Positions 62,633 to 64,000 of a stretch of 64,000 nucleotides of DNA are shown here, in pieces. Both the position numbers and the translations under genes were made by a program. Each line of letters begins with the position of its first letter. Position 1 is the stretch's first letter. Under the pieces are notes generated by a model that saw only the letters and a list, made by a program, of their open reading frames with translations, did not search any database and was not told where the DNA came from. The stretch covers positions 868,001 to 932,000 of the forward strand of contig NW_019028979.1 in assembly GCF_002105155.1 (NCBI RefSeq), read 5' to 3'. The stretch comes from Lobosporangium transversale. Its lineage: Eukaryota.

Positions 62633-64000
62633 ATTTGATAAATGTCTCGAACTCTAGAATAAGGGGATAAGCCCTCTTTTCTCTCACTGGTACATCACAT
62701 CGAACCATATACGGTATATGATACACACTAAAGAAAGAAAAAGAAAGAAAGAAAGAAAGAAGGAAGGAAAGAAAGCTTAATCGCATAAACGCAATAAGGC
62801 ATTCTTTCTTTTTTTTTTTTCTTTTTCTTTCTCTCCGCCTATAACCGCGGTGCTGCTGCAAGGACAAATAGATCGAGAGACGTAAAGTGCCTTTCTATAG
62901 AAAGAAAGAAAGAAAAAAAAGACTAAAGCAAAGCGTATGGAGGATCTACACATGTGGTTAGGCTGGTTTTTTTTTTTTTTTTTTTTTTTAAATAAACACA
63001 AGATACCCCAGTCCAGTGAGGTTAGTTTCATTGAATTGGTGAGAATCTTTTGGAGTACTGGACCATAAAAATCCCCACGCTTTTATTTTAGGCTTTTTAG
63101 GGGACCGGACTACTTTGTTCACATATCCGTGATTGCCTACGAGTAGAAAACGTTCTTTGTTCTTTGTTTTTTTATTTTTTATTTTTTGTTTTTTATTCTT
63201 TATTTTTTATTTTTTATTTTGGGCTGATTTCTGGTGGTGTTTCAGGCGTGTTCAAGAAAGCCCTTGTTATTCACCCTATCCCTCGACACTTTAGTTTGTA
63301 TATTTAGATATGGTCAAAGTGCTATATTTATTCGTTCATTGATCCACTCTCCTGGACAGAAGCCCGTTCACGCACTCCATCCTCCTTTCTCCACGCATAC
63401 AACTGTCGAAACTAACGTTTTTTTTATTTTTATTTTTATTTTTATTTTTTTCTTTTGCTTTGCTTGTCGATCATTCTTGGACAATGTGTCCTTTAAGATA
63501 AAGTATACCCTGAGTGGGCATGGGCCTTCTTCTTTTCCTCTTCGCCTTGTGTTCAGAATGTTATACGCGTAAAATAAAATGATGCAAAGAAAGAAAAACT
63601 AGATACAAATGCATGAAATAGAAAAAAAAGTAAGTTTTCGTAAGGAAAGAAAGGTGGACCGACAAAACCTTTTTTTGTTGCGCGTGCAAATGAGAGTCAA
63701 TGCGTAGATATTACCATTTGTTTTTTTTTCCTTGATCTTTGCACGGGGAAGGAGAGGAGGAAGATACTTCCATTATTTACTATAGAATCGTAGCCAATAG
63801 GTACGAGCGCGATTTATTTAGACAATCTCATGTTGTGGAAAAAAGAAAAGAAAAAAAAAAAAAAACCACTTCCATCGTTCTCTCTCTCTCTCTCTCTCTT
63901 TTTCCTCTCTCTTCTCCGTCTATCTATCTATCTATCTATCTATCTAATATTTTTCTTTTTTTGTTCACCTCCTTTCTTTTTCCTCCCTGAAATTGAGGCT

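Overview
Eukaryotic fungal DNA with GT-AG introns and frequent poly(A)/poly(T) tracts. The gene families suggest Mortierellaceae (inference). The window is dominated by an intronless F-box + leucine-rich-repeat (RNI-like) family in two islands (about 2.3-30.4 kb and 44.9-55.1 kb): 6 intact ORFs, 1 copy with a single in-frame stop, 4 decayed pseudogenes and 4 short remnants, in tandem and inverted arrangements. Close paralogs differ mainly in the loops following the LRR strands. In or beside the left island lie a small secreted 8-Cys peptide gene, a near-perfect palindromic MITE, a 26-bp minisatellite, an intronless Ran GTPase paralog with rewritten switch regions, a decayed long-spacer DDE (Sailor-like) transposase and a spliced PD-(D/E)xK-like gene. 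Between the islands is an intron-containing block: an acidic secreted precursor, LETM1/MDM38, an MFS transporter and an unknown membrane-anchored protein with a thrice-repeated SW-x3-L-x3-GF motif. The last ~9 kb has no credible gene. All assignments come from reading motifs by eye; no database search was run.
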